From sequence record OZ262643.1: a DNA stretch of 32,000 nucleotides, one strand, 5' to 3'. The notes beneath the pieces are model-generated. The model ran no database searches and had not been told where the DNA came from. It saw only the letters and a program-made list of their open reading frames with translations. Made by a program: the position numbers and the translations under genes. Below are positions 20,338-30,523 of the stretch, piece by piece; position 1 is the first letter of the stretch; each line of letters opens with the position of its first letter.

Positions 20338-20672
20338 TGGAACTGGTGGGATTCGAACCCACGTCCGTATTGATAGGCAAGATTAACTCACTAAATAAAT
20401 AAACTTTTTTATTAAAAGTACTACAATTATAAAAACTTGACTTAATAGATATTGAGGTTGATCATTAACCATAAGAGCATTCCATTGAAAATATCAAATT
20501 ATACATGGAAGTATAAATTAATACACTAAAAAATTAGATAGAAACCAAATTTTTAGAAAAAACTACTATGTTGTTTTTTGCTTTTACCAAGTTAATTATA
20601 TATAAATAACCAAATAATTGAGTGAAAATTAATCTATGAAATAGTTCAATACGTAGAAACCAAATCAGTCCC
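20338..20672 (-). ncRNA. ssrA: Plastid tmRNA (ssrA)
   Basis: Minus-strand 5' end GGGACTGATTTGGTTTCTACG… resembles the GGGGCUGAUUCUGGAUUCGACG of bacterial tmRNA. The 3' end …ACGGACGTGGGTTCGAATCCCACCAGTTCCA forms a tRNA-like T arm and acceptor pairing with the 5' end (G3-U70, as in tRNA-Ala). The internal tag ORF at 20581-20534, GCA AAA AAC AAC ATA GTA GTT TTT TCT AAA AAT TTG GTT TCT ATC TAA, encodes AKNNIVVFSKNLVSI*. Confidence 0.85.
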
Positions 20673-20755
20673 TATGATATAGCCATTATCTATGTAGAGT
20701 TTGAATTAAGTACATTGTAACACATAAAACTAGTAAAGTCATTTAATATAATGAA

Positions 20756-20828
20756 TAGGCAAGGAAGGATTTGAACCTTCGACCACCAAAGTCGGAATTT
20801 GGCACTCTATCCACTGAGTTACATGCCT
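20756..20828 (-). tRNA. trnR: tRNA-Arg(CCG)
   Basis: Minus strand: AGGCATG-TA-ACTC-AGTGGATA-GAGT-G-CCAAA-TTCCGAC-TTTGG-TGGTC-GAAGG-TTCAAAT-CCTTC-CTTGCCT-A. One U-U mismatch in the acceptor stem. Confidence 0.85.
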
Positions 20829-21230
20829 TATAAGTAATCTCATTATATATTATTATGGAAAAAAATATAAATAATATAGTTATTCCTGTATATAGGATTG
20901 TTCTAAATTAATAGAGATATTTGCTTTGAAGAGTTCTATCCCACAATATATTTTATGCGATGTAGATAAAATATTAAATAAATTAGATAAAGAAACCAAA
21001 TAGAAAAAGTAACTGAATTTATCGGAACAAGTTGTAAAACAAGTAGGATAATTATATTTGAGATGTATATTCTTATCAAAAAAGCAATATAATTCTATCT
21101 TTTTTGTATTGTTAATACGAACTATTAAATAACTTTGATCCATGAAATAAAAAATTTTTTTTCGCTGATAAGTTTAATTATATTATATATGATATGTATA
21201 AAAAAGATTAATCATAAAGGAAATAAATAT

Positions 21231-21752
21231 ATGCAAGACGCTATTACAAATATCTTGAACCAATACGATATAATAGGCAAGTATTTAGATAGAACAGCTA
21301 TAAATGAATTAAATAATTACTTTAATACAGCAAACAATAGATTAAAAGCGACAGAAATAATTATTAGTAAGTCTTCAAAAATAGTTAAAGAAACTGCAAT
21401 CAGATTGTACTCAGAGCAACCAGAACTCCTGAGACCTGGAGGTAATTCATATACAACAAGACGATACGCTACTTGTTTAAGAGATATAGATTATTACTTA
21501 AGATATTCTAGCTATGCATTAATTGCAGGCAGTAATAATATTTTAAGTGAAAGACTAATAGATGGCTTAAGAGAAACATATCTATCTCTCGGCGTCCCAA
21601 TTGGTCCTACTATACTAAGTATACAAATATTAAAAAATGTAGTTATTGAAGAAATCGATAACAGTGATAAAGATATGACAGCAGAAGAAGTGAATCTATT
21701 AAATATACCTTTTGATCATATAATTCAGAGCTTAAGTGAACAAAACATTTAG
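21231..21752 (+). CDS. apcF: Allophycocyanin beta-type subunit, most likely beta-18 (ApcF), divergent
   Basis: MQDAITNILNQYDIIGKYLDRTAINELNNYF…RPGGNSYTTRRYATCLRDIDYYLRYSSYALIAGSNNILSERLIDGLRETYLSLGVPIGPT. Phycobiliprotein beta fold with the chromophore Cys in …ATCLRD…. Its stand-alone position, away from an apcA/B operon, favours apcF. Start placed at ATG 21231, not the track's 21135. Confidence 0.75.
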   Translation: MQDAITNILNQYDIIGKYLDRTAINELNNYFNTANNRLKATEIIISKSSKIVKETAIRLYSEQPELLRPGGNSYTTRRYATCLRDIDYYLRYSSYALIAGSNNILSERLIDGLRETYLSLGVPIGPTILSIQILKNVVIEEIDNSDKDMTAEEVNLLNIPFDHIIQSLSEQNI

Positions 21753-21831
21753 AAATATATATAAAAATTTATAAAATTAAAATAATGTTTAACTTAGAAA
21801 TTATCATAAAAAAAAACTAAATTATCAATTT

Positions 21832-22085
21832 ATGTTTTTCAATATTAACATATTAAGTCTAATATTGGGTTTTTTTTTGCAAATATTTTATCAACAGTAC
21901 CTGCACAAACAGGAGATTGGAATATTATAAGTGGGGCAATTATTGTAACGCTATATGAGATAATAAGCAAAATATTATATAAGAATAATAACAAAAGAAC
22001 ACTATCTCTTGTATCGATAATAAATAATTTTAAAATTGGTATTGTTTATGGTTTGTTTGTAGATGCATTTAAATTAGGTAGCTAA
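21832..22085 (+). CDS. ycf20: ycf20 (DUF565 membrane protein) interrupted by a single frameshift in a T9 run
   Basis: Frame A from ATG 21832 reads MFFNINILSLILGFF. Frame B from the T-run reads (F)ANILSTVPAQTGDWNIISGAIIVTLYEIISKILYKNNNKRTLSLVSIINNFKIGIVYGLFVDAFKLGS*. QTGDW… and …FKIG.IYGLFVDAFKLGS are the conserved ycf20 blocks. The frames join only if the T9 run (21870-21878) is read as T10 or T7. Confidence 0.7.
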
Positions 22086-22236
22086 TAAGTAATTATTAAA
22101 CGACATTAACATTATTAAATATTACATAAATCGAATATCTACATATTCTAGTAGCATTTAATCTATTAATTATTAATTAATAAACAAAATAATTACTAGA
22201 ATAATTATGTATAAATATTACACAAATTTTTACTAA

Positions 22237-22932
22237 TTATATAAAAGAGATATCATTTAGCATGCTAAAGAAAAGAGCCGGATCTCCTGCTTTAGGCATT
22301 TGTTCTTGAGGTCTAAAACGACGTACAGAGCCAGACCATGATAAGCTAGGCATGAACTGTTTTGAAAGAAAGTTATAGTCTAAACGAGGTGTTTTCAAAT
22401 TAAAAGGAACTTCTCCTTTATTTCGTTGAAAAATAGTTCTTCTTCGTTGATAAGGTACTATAGATTCACCATAATTTTCATTATATTCTTCACTATCTAT
22501 TAATAAATCGATAAACTTTTCTATACCTTTAGACGCTAGTACAATTGAGAACGCTAATTTTTCACGTTGATTATAAATATCTCTACCTAAAACACGCTGA
22601 ACACACATTTCAACAAAGCGATAATTATTATTTACATCATAATTTAAGTAACGAAATTCAGCTGAGAGCAATAAGCCCTTAATAAAATCTTTAACTGTAA
22701 TTTGGTTAAATCTTAATTGAGATTCTAAAAAAGGCTGTTTAGTACTCACTAAAGTTTGATGCTCACTAAAAATTTGACGATAAGAAGCCCAAATGATTTC
22801 ATCCATTTCAGTTGATGAAGGAAGATTAATTGTCGTATACAACTTTGGCTGTTCCTCTCCCGCCAAATATTCAAAGCTATTCACCCTATGATTATGAGTT
22901 GATAAAGAATAATTTAAAATAGGAATAGACAT
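22237..22932 (-). CDS. cpcG: Phycobilisome rod-core linker polypeptide CpcG
   Basis: 231 aa with a PBS-linker domain: …ASYRQIFSEHQ…QLRFNQITVKDFIKGLLLSAEFRYLNYDVNNNYRFVEMCVQRVLGRDIYNQREKLAFSIVLASKGIEKFIDLLIDSEEYNENYGESIVPYQRRR. Confidence 0.85.
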   Translation of the reverse strand: MSIPILNYSLSTHNHRVNSFEYLAGEEQPKLYTTINLPSSTEMDEIIWASYRQIFSEHQTLVSTKQPFLESQLRFNQITVKDFIKGLLLSAEFRYLNYDVNNNYRFVEMCVQRVLGRDIYNQREKLAFSIVLASKGIEKFIDLLIDSEEYNENYGESIVPYQRRRTIFQRNKGEVPFNLKTPRLDYNFLSKQFMPSLSWSGSVRRFRPQEQMPKAGDPALFFSMLNDISFI

Positions 22933-23179
22933 AATTCGTCTCCAAATTGATTATAAACTAAAACAAAAATAAAATTAAGGTTCATTGTATAAACTAATTA
23001 ATTTTAACAATTAACTTAGCAATATATAATAATACAAAACTCTACATATTATATATGTTACCTATAATGTATATAAATATTATACTAAAATTTCAGATAA
23101 TACTGTTAAATAGTAAAATATTTTACTAAAGTCACTTTTCATTCAACAATGTAATTTTACTTAAACAATCAATAAAGAA

Positions 23180-23353
23180 ATGAATAATACAAATAAACTC
23201 ACTCTAGAACAAAAATTTAAACTTAAACTATATGCAGACTACATAAATAAATTAAATAACAATAACTTAAAAAAGTATTTGATTAAAGTATTAAAAATAA
23301 TGATAATTAAAGATAATATTATTAAATATTGCATCAAAAATTTAGTTAATTAA
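23180..23353 (+). CDS. nblA: Phycobilisome degradation protein NblA (ycf18)
   Basis: Hand translation MNNTNKLTLEQKFKLKLYADYINKLNNNNLKKYLIKVLKIMIIKDNIIKYCIKNLVN (57 aa). It matches the NblA pattern LSLEQ.F.L..Y…..L……L.E…QMM.KDN.IK.L.K. Too short for the ORF track. Confidence 0.8.
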   Translation: MNNTNKLTLEQKFKLKLYADYINKLNNNNLKKYLIKVLKIMIIKDNIIKYCIKNLVN

Positions 23354-23649
23354 AATTATTAGAATAAATATTATCGATAATTCAGTAATGAGATATAAAC
23401 AATAATTAATATAAGCCTAAGATTAATAATAATTGCTAACTATCTTAATTATCATAATCATTATTACTAAGATATATATACAAAAAGCATACAGTAAAAT
23501 ATTAATTAATATTAATTTGTTAGAGAAGGGATACTAAAATCTTTTATATTTATATCCGATACTAATACATCAGCGACAAAAAGCTGAAACCCACTTATTC
23601 TTTTACTTTAATATAAAATATATAAACAAAAGAATAGTCAAATATTTAA

Positions 23650-24201
<552 letters not shown>

Positions 24202-24252
24202 ACTTATTATTCAATATCTAAAAACATAAACAAAATTATAATGAGGAGATAA

Positions 24253-24750
<498 letters not shown>

Positions 24751-26083
24751 TAAAGAATTAACTTATTAAATTAATTCATTATTGTTATATACTCATAGTT
24801 ACAATAATTAACTATGTTCAATAAAGCGTAATTCATATATTAAAGGTCTTATTAACATAGTTATAAACGAATATAATTGATATTTTATATTTAAATAAAT
24901 AAAAATCAATTAACTAACAAGTAACTGTTGTTAAAATATTACAACCATTTAAATAGTAATTAATAACTTGATTTATTCTAATAGCATATGCTCTGTAAAA
25001 AAATATAATTATTTAATTTTATAAAGTGTTCTGTTTAAATAAATAAACTTTACATTATCTTTGTACATAATAAATTAATTTATATACATGAATTTTAAAT
25101 CCATTATTTATTATCTGTTCACAATCAATTAAAACACCATTACAACAAAACAAAATAAATAGTTTACTCAAAACTTCAATAGCTAATAAATAAATTCATA
25201 AAAAAAGATCCTGATATATGACAGTAATTTTTCATTAGCAAGAAAACAATATAAATAATAATTTAGGAACCAATACGATAAAATACCAATACTTCTAAAT
25301 ATAAAAGATAAAAAAACTTGGTTCAAACAAAAATCACAGTTAAAAAATATAAAAATTATCAATAGATGTAGATTATAAGTTTGCGTATCTAAATGGATTA
25401 TTCAACAATTCTAACTCATGATACAGACAAGCAACTAAAGTTTATTACTATCATTCAATACTGCAAATAATTGTTACAGTTTTCTTTACGAAAATGAAGC
25501 TTAAAAGATTATAGAGATATTCAGTCAAATTAATTAAACTACAAATTATAAATCAATTTAATGAATAGTATACTGGTTTATTAAATAGATCTGAATGTAG
25601 AAATAATAATAATATTCATACAATTATATATCATGTATCTACCTCTTTTTTGTTACTATATTTAAATATGTCAAGATGATTGCATTCAAAGTAAGTATGA
25701 AATATAAAATTTAAAAGTGTGTTGTACAAATAAATATTATTCTTCAATTTTTTCTACCTGTTAACAAATTCAAGAACATAAATAATAAGTAAAACATAGA
25801 GCGTATTAAAAAACTATAGCTAAAAATCATCTACATTGTTTAACAATGGCACTAACTGTTATATTATTTATTGTTATATAGTCAGATATGGACAAAAAAT
25901 AATTCCCTAAATTATAAGAAATATAACATTCAATATGAATTTAACAGACTATGATCAAATAAAACATATTAATTATATTAATTAAGCAAATAAATATACT
26001 TTTCGTTTAGTGTACATCAAAAGATCATCAATTATACATTATAATATACGCTATAAGTTTATAGTAAAATTAATACTACATAT

Positions 26084-27022
26084 ATGAATTCACAATTTAT
26101 TGAAAATTCTTTAATTAACATATCTTTTGGAACCTTACTAATATTACTTATTATATCTTGGCTTAATTTAACAATTAATACGAATAAAGCATTAAATAAG
26201 ATTATTAATATCCTAATGTTACAAAGCAATTTATCTTTAGGATTATGTCTTTTACTGAGATGGGGAACAAATGGTTACTTTCCCCTAAGTAATTTATATG
26301 AATCCCTAATTTTTTTAACATGGTGTCTAACATTTATTATATTGATAATAAATAACAAAATAAAGAATAGATTAGTAGTAGCGATAATTGCACCGATATC
26401 TTTACTTATTATATCTTTTATCAGTTTTTGTTTACCAGAATATCTTAAAACAGCAGCTCCGTTAGTACCAGCTTTAAGATCAAACTGGTTAATGATGCAT
26501 GTAACAGTAATGATGTTAAGTTATGCCATATTAATTACTGGATCGTTATTGTCTACATTATTCTTAATAATCTCTAAAGGTAAACAAATAAAAATTTATG
26601 GTAATTCATATAGTAATTCCAATAAAATTATTATGGAATATCAAGCTGATTTAAAAGAAGCGAAAATAAGTACAAGTGAAAATAAACAATCATATAAAGT
26701 TAATTTGTTACAGGGTATAGACAATCTAAGTTATAGAACAATAGGATTAGGATTCCCATTATTAACTATTGGAATAATTTCTGGAGCTGTCTGGGCAAAT
26801 GAAGCATGGGGAACCTATTGGAGCTGGGATCCTAAAGAAACATGGGCACTAATCACATGGATTGTTTTTGCTATATATCTACATACACGAATCAACTACA
26901 AATTAACTGGGAAAATTCCATCTATAATAGGAGCCATTGGTTTTGTTATCATATGGCTGTGCTATCTAGGCGTGAATTTTTTAGCAAAAGGTTTACATAG
27001 TTATGGATGGATTTTTTCATAA
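26084..27022 (+). CDS. ccsA: Cytochrome c biogenesis protein CcsA (ycf5)
   Basis: 312 aa, polytopic, with the WWD heme-handling motif …GAVWANEAWGTYWSWDPKETWALITW…. Confidence 0.93.
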   Translation: MNSQFIENSLINISFGTLLILLIISWLNLTINTNKALNKIINILMLQSNLSLGLCLLLRWGTNGYFPLSNLYESLIFLTWCLTFIILIINNKIKNRLVVAIIAPISLLIISFISFCLPEYLKTAAPLVPALRSNWLMMHVTVMMLSYAILITGSLLSTLFLIISKGKQIKIYGNSYSNSNKIIMEYQADLKEAKISTSENKQSYKVNLLQGIDNLSYRTIGLGFPLLTIGIISGAVWANEAWGTYWSWDPKETWALITWIVFAIYLHTRINYKLTGKIPSIIGAIGFVIIWLCYLGVNFLAKGLHSYGWIFS

Positions 27023-27116
27023 TAAAGACCTAAATAATACTTAATATATCTTATATAAAAATTAATATATAAAAAATTAAATTATACTTATAGTAAATCT
27101 TACTACAATAAAAAAA

Positions 27117-27383
27117 ATGGACACTGAAATTTATAATACACTTAACGTACTATCAGCTTACTCATTATGGTCAATTAAAGTGAGTTTAGTAATGATCGTA
27201 TCTAATTTAATAAGTATAGGAATTGGCAGATACGCAATTAAAGTTAGGAGTACAGGAGTTTCAATTCCTATACTAGGTGCAGAAGGTTTCGGTCTGCCTG
27301 AATTACTTGCAACAACTAGTTTGGGACATATTATAGGAGCTGGTACAGTCATAGGCTTAAGAAGTATTGGAATGATACTATAA
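27117..27383 (+). CDS. psaK: Photosystem I subunit PsaK
   Basis: 88 aa. …VMIVSNLISIGIGRYAI…FGLPELLATTSLGHIIGAGTVIGL… is conserved PsaK. Confidence 0.9.
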   Translation: MDTEIYNTLNVLSAYSLWSIKVSLVMIVSNLISIGIGRYAIKVRSTGVSIPILGAEGFGLPELLATTSLGHIIGAGTVIGLRSIGMIL

Positions 27384-27406
27384 AAAATTAAATAATTTAA
27401 ATATAT

Positions 27407-28393
27407 CTACACTTGAGATAACTCATAAAATTTTCCGACTTGACGAAATTTAGAGTATCTCATTTTTTTTCTTTCTTTTCCTGTTAACTGAAGTAAAACA
27501 TTTAATTCATTGAGTAATTTAGATTTCAAATTTTGAGCCGCCTCAAATGGATTAGATTGGGAACCACATAATGGCTCTTCAACAATATCATCAATAATAC
27601 CTAAAGCTTTCAAATCATGAGATGTAATTTTTAGTGATTCAGCTGCTACAAGAGATTTAGTGCTATCTTTCCATAAAATTGCTGCACAAGCTTCAGGCGT
27701 TGCAACAGTATAAACAGCATGCTGTAGCATCAAAATTTTATTTCCAACACCAATCCCTAGTGCGCCTCCAGAACCGCCTTCGCCAATTATAGTGCAAATA
27801 ATAGGAACTTCGAAAGAAAACATCTCTTTAAGGTTCACTGCAATAGCTTCACCTTGACCTAATTTTTCAGCCTCCATACCAGCCCATGCACCAGGAGTAT
27901 CAATAAATGTTAATATAGGAAAATTAAATCTATTAGCATGTTTCATAAGCCTTAAAGCTTTACGATAGCCACCAGGCGAAGCCATACCAAAGTTCCTAAC
28001 TACATTGTCCTTAGTATCTTTTCCTCTTTGATGACCAATAAATACAACAGTCATAGAATTTAAACTACCGATGCCCCCAACTATAGCTAAGTCATCAGTA
28101 CCACCACGATCACCATGTAATTCAATCCAATTATCCATAATATATCCAATATAGTCTAGTGTAGTTGGCCTATCAGGCTGTCTAACTAAATGTAATTTTT
28201 GTAAAGGCGTTAAAGACAAAAAAATGTCTCTTTTAACACGAAATAAACTTGAGCGTAAATCATGCATCTGATTGCTAATATTAGGAGATACATTGATGAA
28301 AGTAGATAAAATTTTCTCTAACTGAATTAACTGACGTTCAAATTCAACAACAGGCTTCAAAAAACTTGGAGATAAAGATTTACGGGCAATCAT
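27407..28393 (-). CDS. accA: Acetyl-CoA carboxylase carboxyltransferase alpha subunit
   Basis: 328 aa. …RPTTLDYIGYIMDNWIELHGDRGGTDDLAIVGGIG…FGMASPGGYRKALRLMKHANRFNFPILTFIDTPGAWAG…GEGGSGGALGIG… is canonical AccA. Confidence 0.96.
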   Translation of the reverse strand: MIARKSLSPSFLKPVVEFERQLIQLEKILSTFINVSPNISNQMHDLRSSLFRVKRDIFLSLTPLQKLHLVRQPDRPTTLDYIGYIMDNWIELHGDRGGTDDLAIVGGIGSLNSMTVVFIGHQRGKDTKDNVVRNFGMASPGGYRKALRLMKHANRFNFPILTFIDTPGAWAGMEAEKLGQGEAIAVNLKEMFSFEVPIICTIIGEGGSGGALGIGVGNKILMLQHAVYTVATPEACAAILWKDSTKSLVAAESLKITSHDLKALGIIDDIVEEPLCGSQSNPFEAAQNLKSKLLNELNVLLQLTGKERKKMRYSKFRQVGKFYELSQV

Positions 28394-28435
28394 AAGCTTA
28401 TATAAAATAATAGATAAATATTGACAATAGAAAAT

Positions 28436-29102
28436 TTACACAAAGTATTTAAATAATAACCAAACAACTAATTCGCTCAAATAGGAAAAAACATAAGACG
28501 TATGAGTTATGATATTGATAAGCTCGTTAGAAATATCAAGACTATTTTGCAGTAATATATAAAGTAAATTAAAAAAACGTGGATCATCAAATCTCTGAGC
28601 GATTCTGGTAGTAGCCCTTACTAAGTCATCATAATTTAAACCTTTATAACCCCTAACATAAAAATTTGAACACATGAAATAAGATTCTAAACAATCTACA
28701 GAGGTAGGATCAACAATATCGCTTTGAATATCGACTAACTGATATATAGATGTGACATCTATGATAATATCATTAAATAGACCAACTTGATTAACCTCAA
28801 TTAGTGCATTGTTGGGAATTAATATATCTGAAGAATTAATATGTATCAATACAACTACCTTATTTGGCCTAACAGAGATATTGTAAACAGAACCAATTGT
28901 GACCCCTTTTAAATTAACATTAGTTCCTTTTTTTAATCCATATCCACTACTAAATTCTAAAAATAATTCATAACCCTTTTTTTTTTAAGTTTCCAAAAGA
29001 AAAAAGAAGTATTAATATCGTCAAGATAAGAAGTATTGTACTAAGAGCTTTATTAAAATACTTAAATAAACGATAGTTTCGCAATTTAAACAGACTATTC
29101 AT
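28436..29102 (-). CDS. ycf22: ycf22 (MCE/MlaD-TGD2-like lipid-transfer protein) interrupted by a single frameshift in an A10 run
   Basis: From ATG 29102 (minus strand): MNSLFKLRNYRLFKYFNKALSTILLILTILILLFSFGNLKKK, a TM anchor, then a stop after 2 codons. One nt out of frame the sequence continues GYELFLEFSSGYGLKKGTNVNLKGVTIGSVYNISVRPNKVVVLIHINSSDILIPNNALIEVNQVGL…, an MCE-domain signature, into the track ORF 28436-28849. The junction is the homopolymer at 28977-28986 (T10 on the plus strand). Confidence 0.7.
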
Positions 29103-29146
29103 ATTATAACAAATATACAAAATAATAAAATAACACAAAATATAAC

Positions 29147-29980
29147 TCAGACTAATAGGTTTTTTATTATATCATTATAAATTACACTATTAGAGGAATA
29201 AAGAGTCTTTGAATCTATAAACTGTTGATCAGCTATTAAATTGATTGAATTACGCAATATCTTCAAATACCTAGACATTTGTAATAAATTATCTTGATTA
29301 CGGATAATAGATCCAACTCCTATACCAGATGCACCAAACAATAATGCTATAGAGCTTGTTAAGGTATTGATACTTGAAGAAGTAATAATAGGAATATCAA
29401 CATGCCTAGAAATAAAATAAGTAGATAATAGTGATGAATAGGATGGATAAGCTGAAAAAAAAGTATTACTACTATTAAAGTTTAAAGCTTGCAATTTATT
29501 TTTAATAAAAATTGATTCTGTTTGTATAATGTTAACACCAAGAAATTCTAAATCTTGGGCTAACTTCACTTGATCAACGATTGAGAGATAATAAGGTATA
29601 GTAACACACAAATCTATGTTATTTACCAAACACTTTAATTCTTGAGTTAATTGAACTATTTGACGAGACGTTAAGTATATACCCTTCTTATAAAAACAAT
29701 CAAAATTACCTATTTCTATTAAATCAGCACCAGCCATTACACAATTATATAATTCTATAGGATTAATTGAAGAAACACAAACAGGCAAAGGAGAAATTGA
29801 TTTAACTAATTTGATAACTTGTGGATGAGCTATTACATCAATGTAAGTCCCTCCAGATAACTCAGCTGCTTTAATTATGCTAATAATCTGAGATATATCA
29901 GTTTGATCTATACCTGTTATTACTTTCATAACTTTTTTAGATTGGAAAGAATCATTCAACTCAGAACTAAATAAATTCAT
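29147..29980 (-). CDS. ycf23: Ycf23 (DUF561, TIM-barrel-like)
   Basis: 277 aa. …KVMKVITGIDQTDISQIISIIKAAELSGGTYIDVIAHPQVIKLVKSISPLPVCVSSINPIELYNCVMAGADLIEIGNFDCFY… matches my recollection of the conserved ycf23 pattern. Confidence 0.65.
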   Translation of the reverse strand: MNLFSSELNDSFQSKKVMKVITGIDQTDISQIISIIKAAELSGGTYIDVIAHPQVIKLVKSISPLPVCVSSINPIELYNCVMAGADLIEIGNFDCFYKKGIYLTSRQIVQLTQELKCLVNNIDLCVTIPYYLSIVDQVKLAQDLEFLGVNIIQTESIFIKNKLQALNFNSSNTFFSAYPSYSSLLSTYFISRHVDIPIITSSSINTLTSSIALLFGASGIGVGSIIRNQDNLLQMSRYLKILRNSINLIADQQFIDSKTLYSSNSVIYNDIIKNLLV

Positions 29981-30138
29981 AACAAAAAAATAAATTTAAA
30001 TGTAATTTAGATAAAACAATAAAAAATACGAAGTAATAATGAATATATACATAATTCATATGCAAATATATCATATTATATTTGCTAAAATTTAATAAAT
30101 CAAATAATTTAACATAATTAACAAAATACAAATACAAG

Positions 30139-30390
<252 letters not shown>

Positions 30391-30523
30391 TTAACTATTT
30401 TTAAAAATTAAGTTTGAATCAATTAATCACTAAATAAATTATAACATAATTATAGGACTAATGAAAATATTGTGATAATATATTACAAAAAATTGTTTAG
30501 AGAATATTAATACAAATTACACA

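Noticed and set aside
20338-20400. An apparent orphan 3' half of a tRNA on the minus strand (T arm plus acceptor …GTGGGTTCGAATCCCACCAGTTCCA). I first considered a second intron-split or fragmented tRNA.
   Set aside because: The matching 5' acceptor strand (GGGACTG) lies 335 nt away at 20672 and is followed by the tmRNA-specific GAUUUGGUUUCUACG motif, and an internal tag ORF is present. The locus is ssrA, not a split tRNA.
20880-21143. An 87-aa minus-strand ORF, and the 32-codon N-terminal extension of the apcF track ORF (21135-21230).
   Set aside because: Both lie in the trnR-apcF spacer and have low-complexity composition. ApcF homology begins exactly at the MQDAIT methionine (21231).
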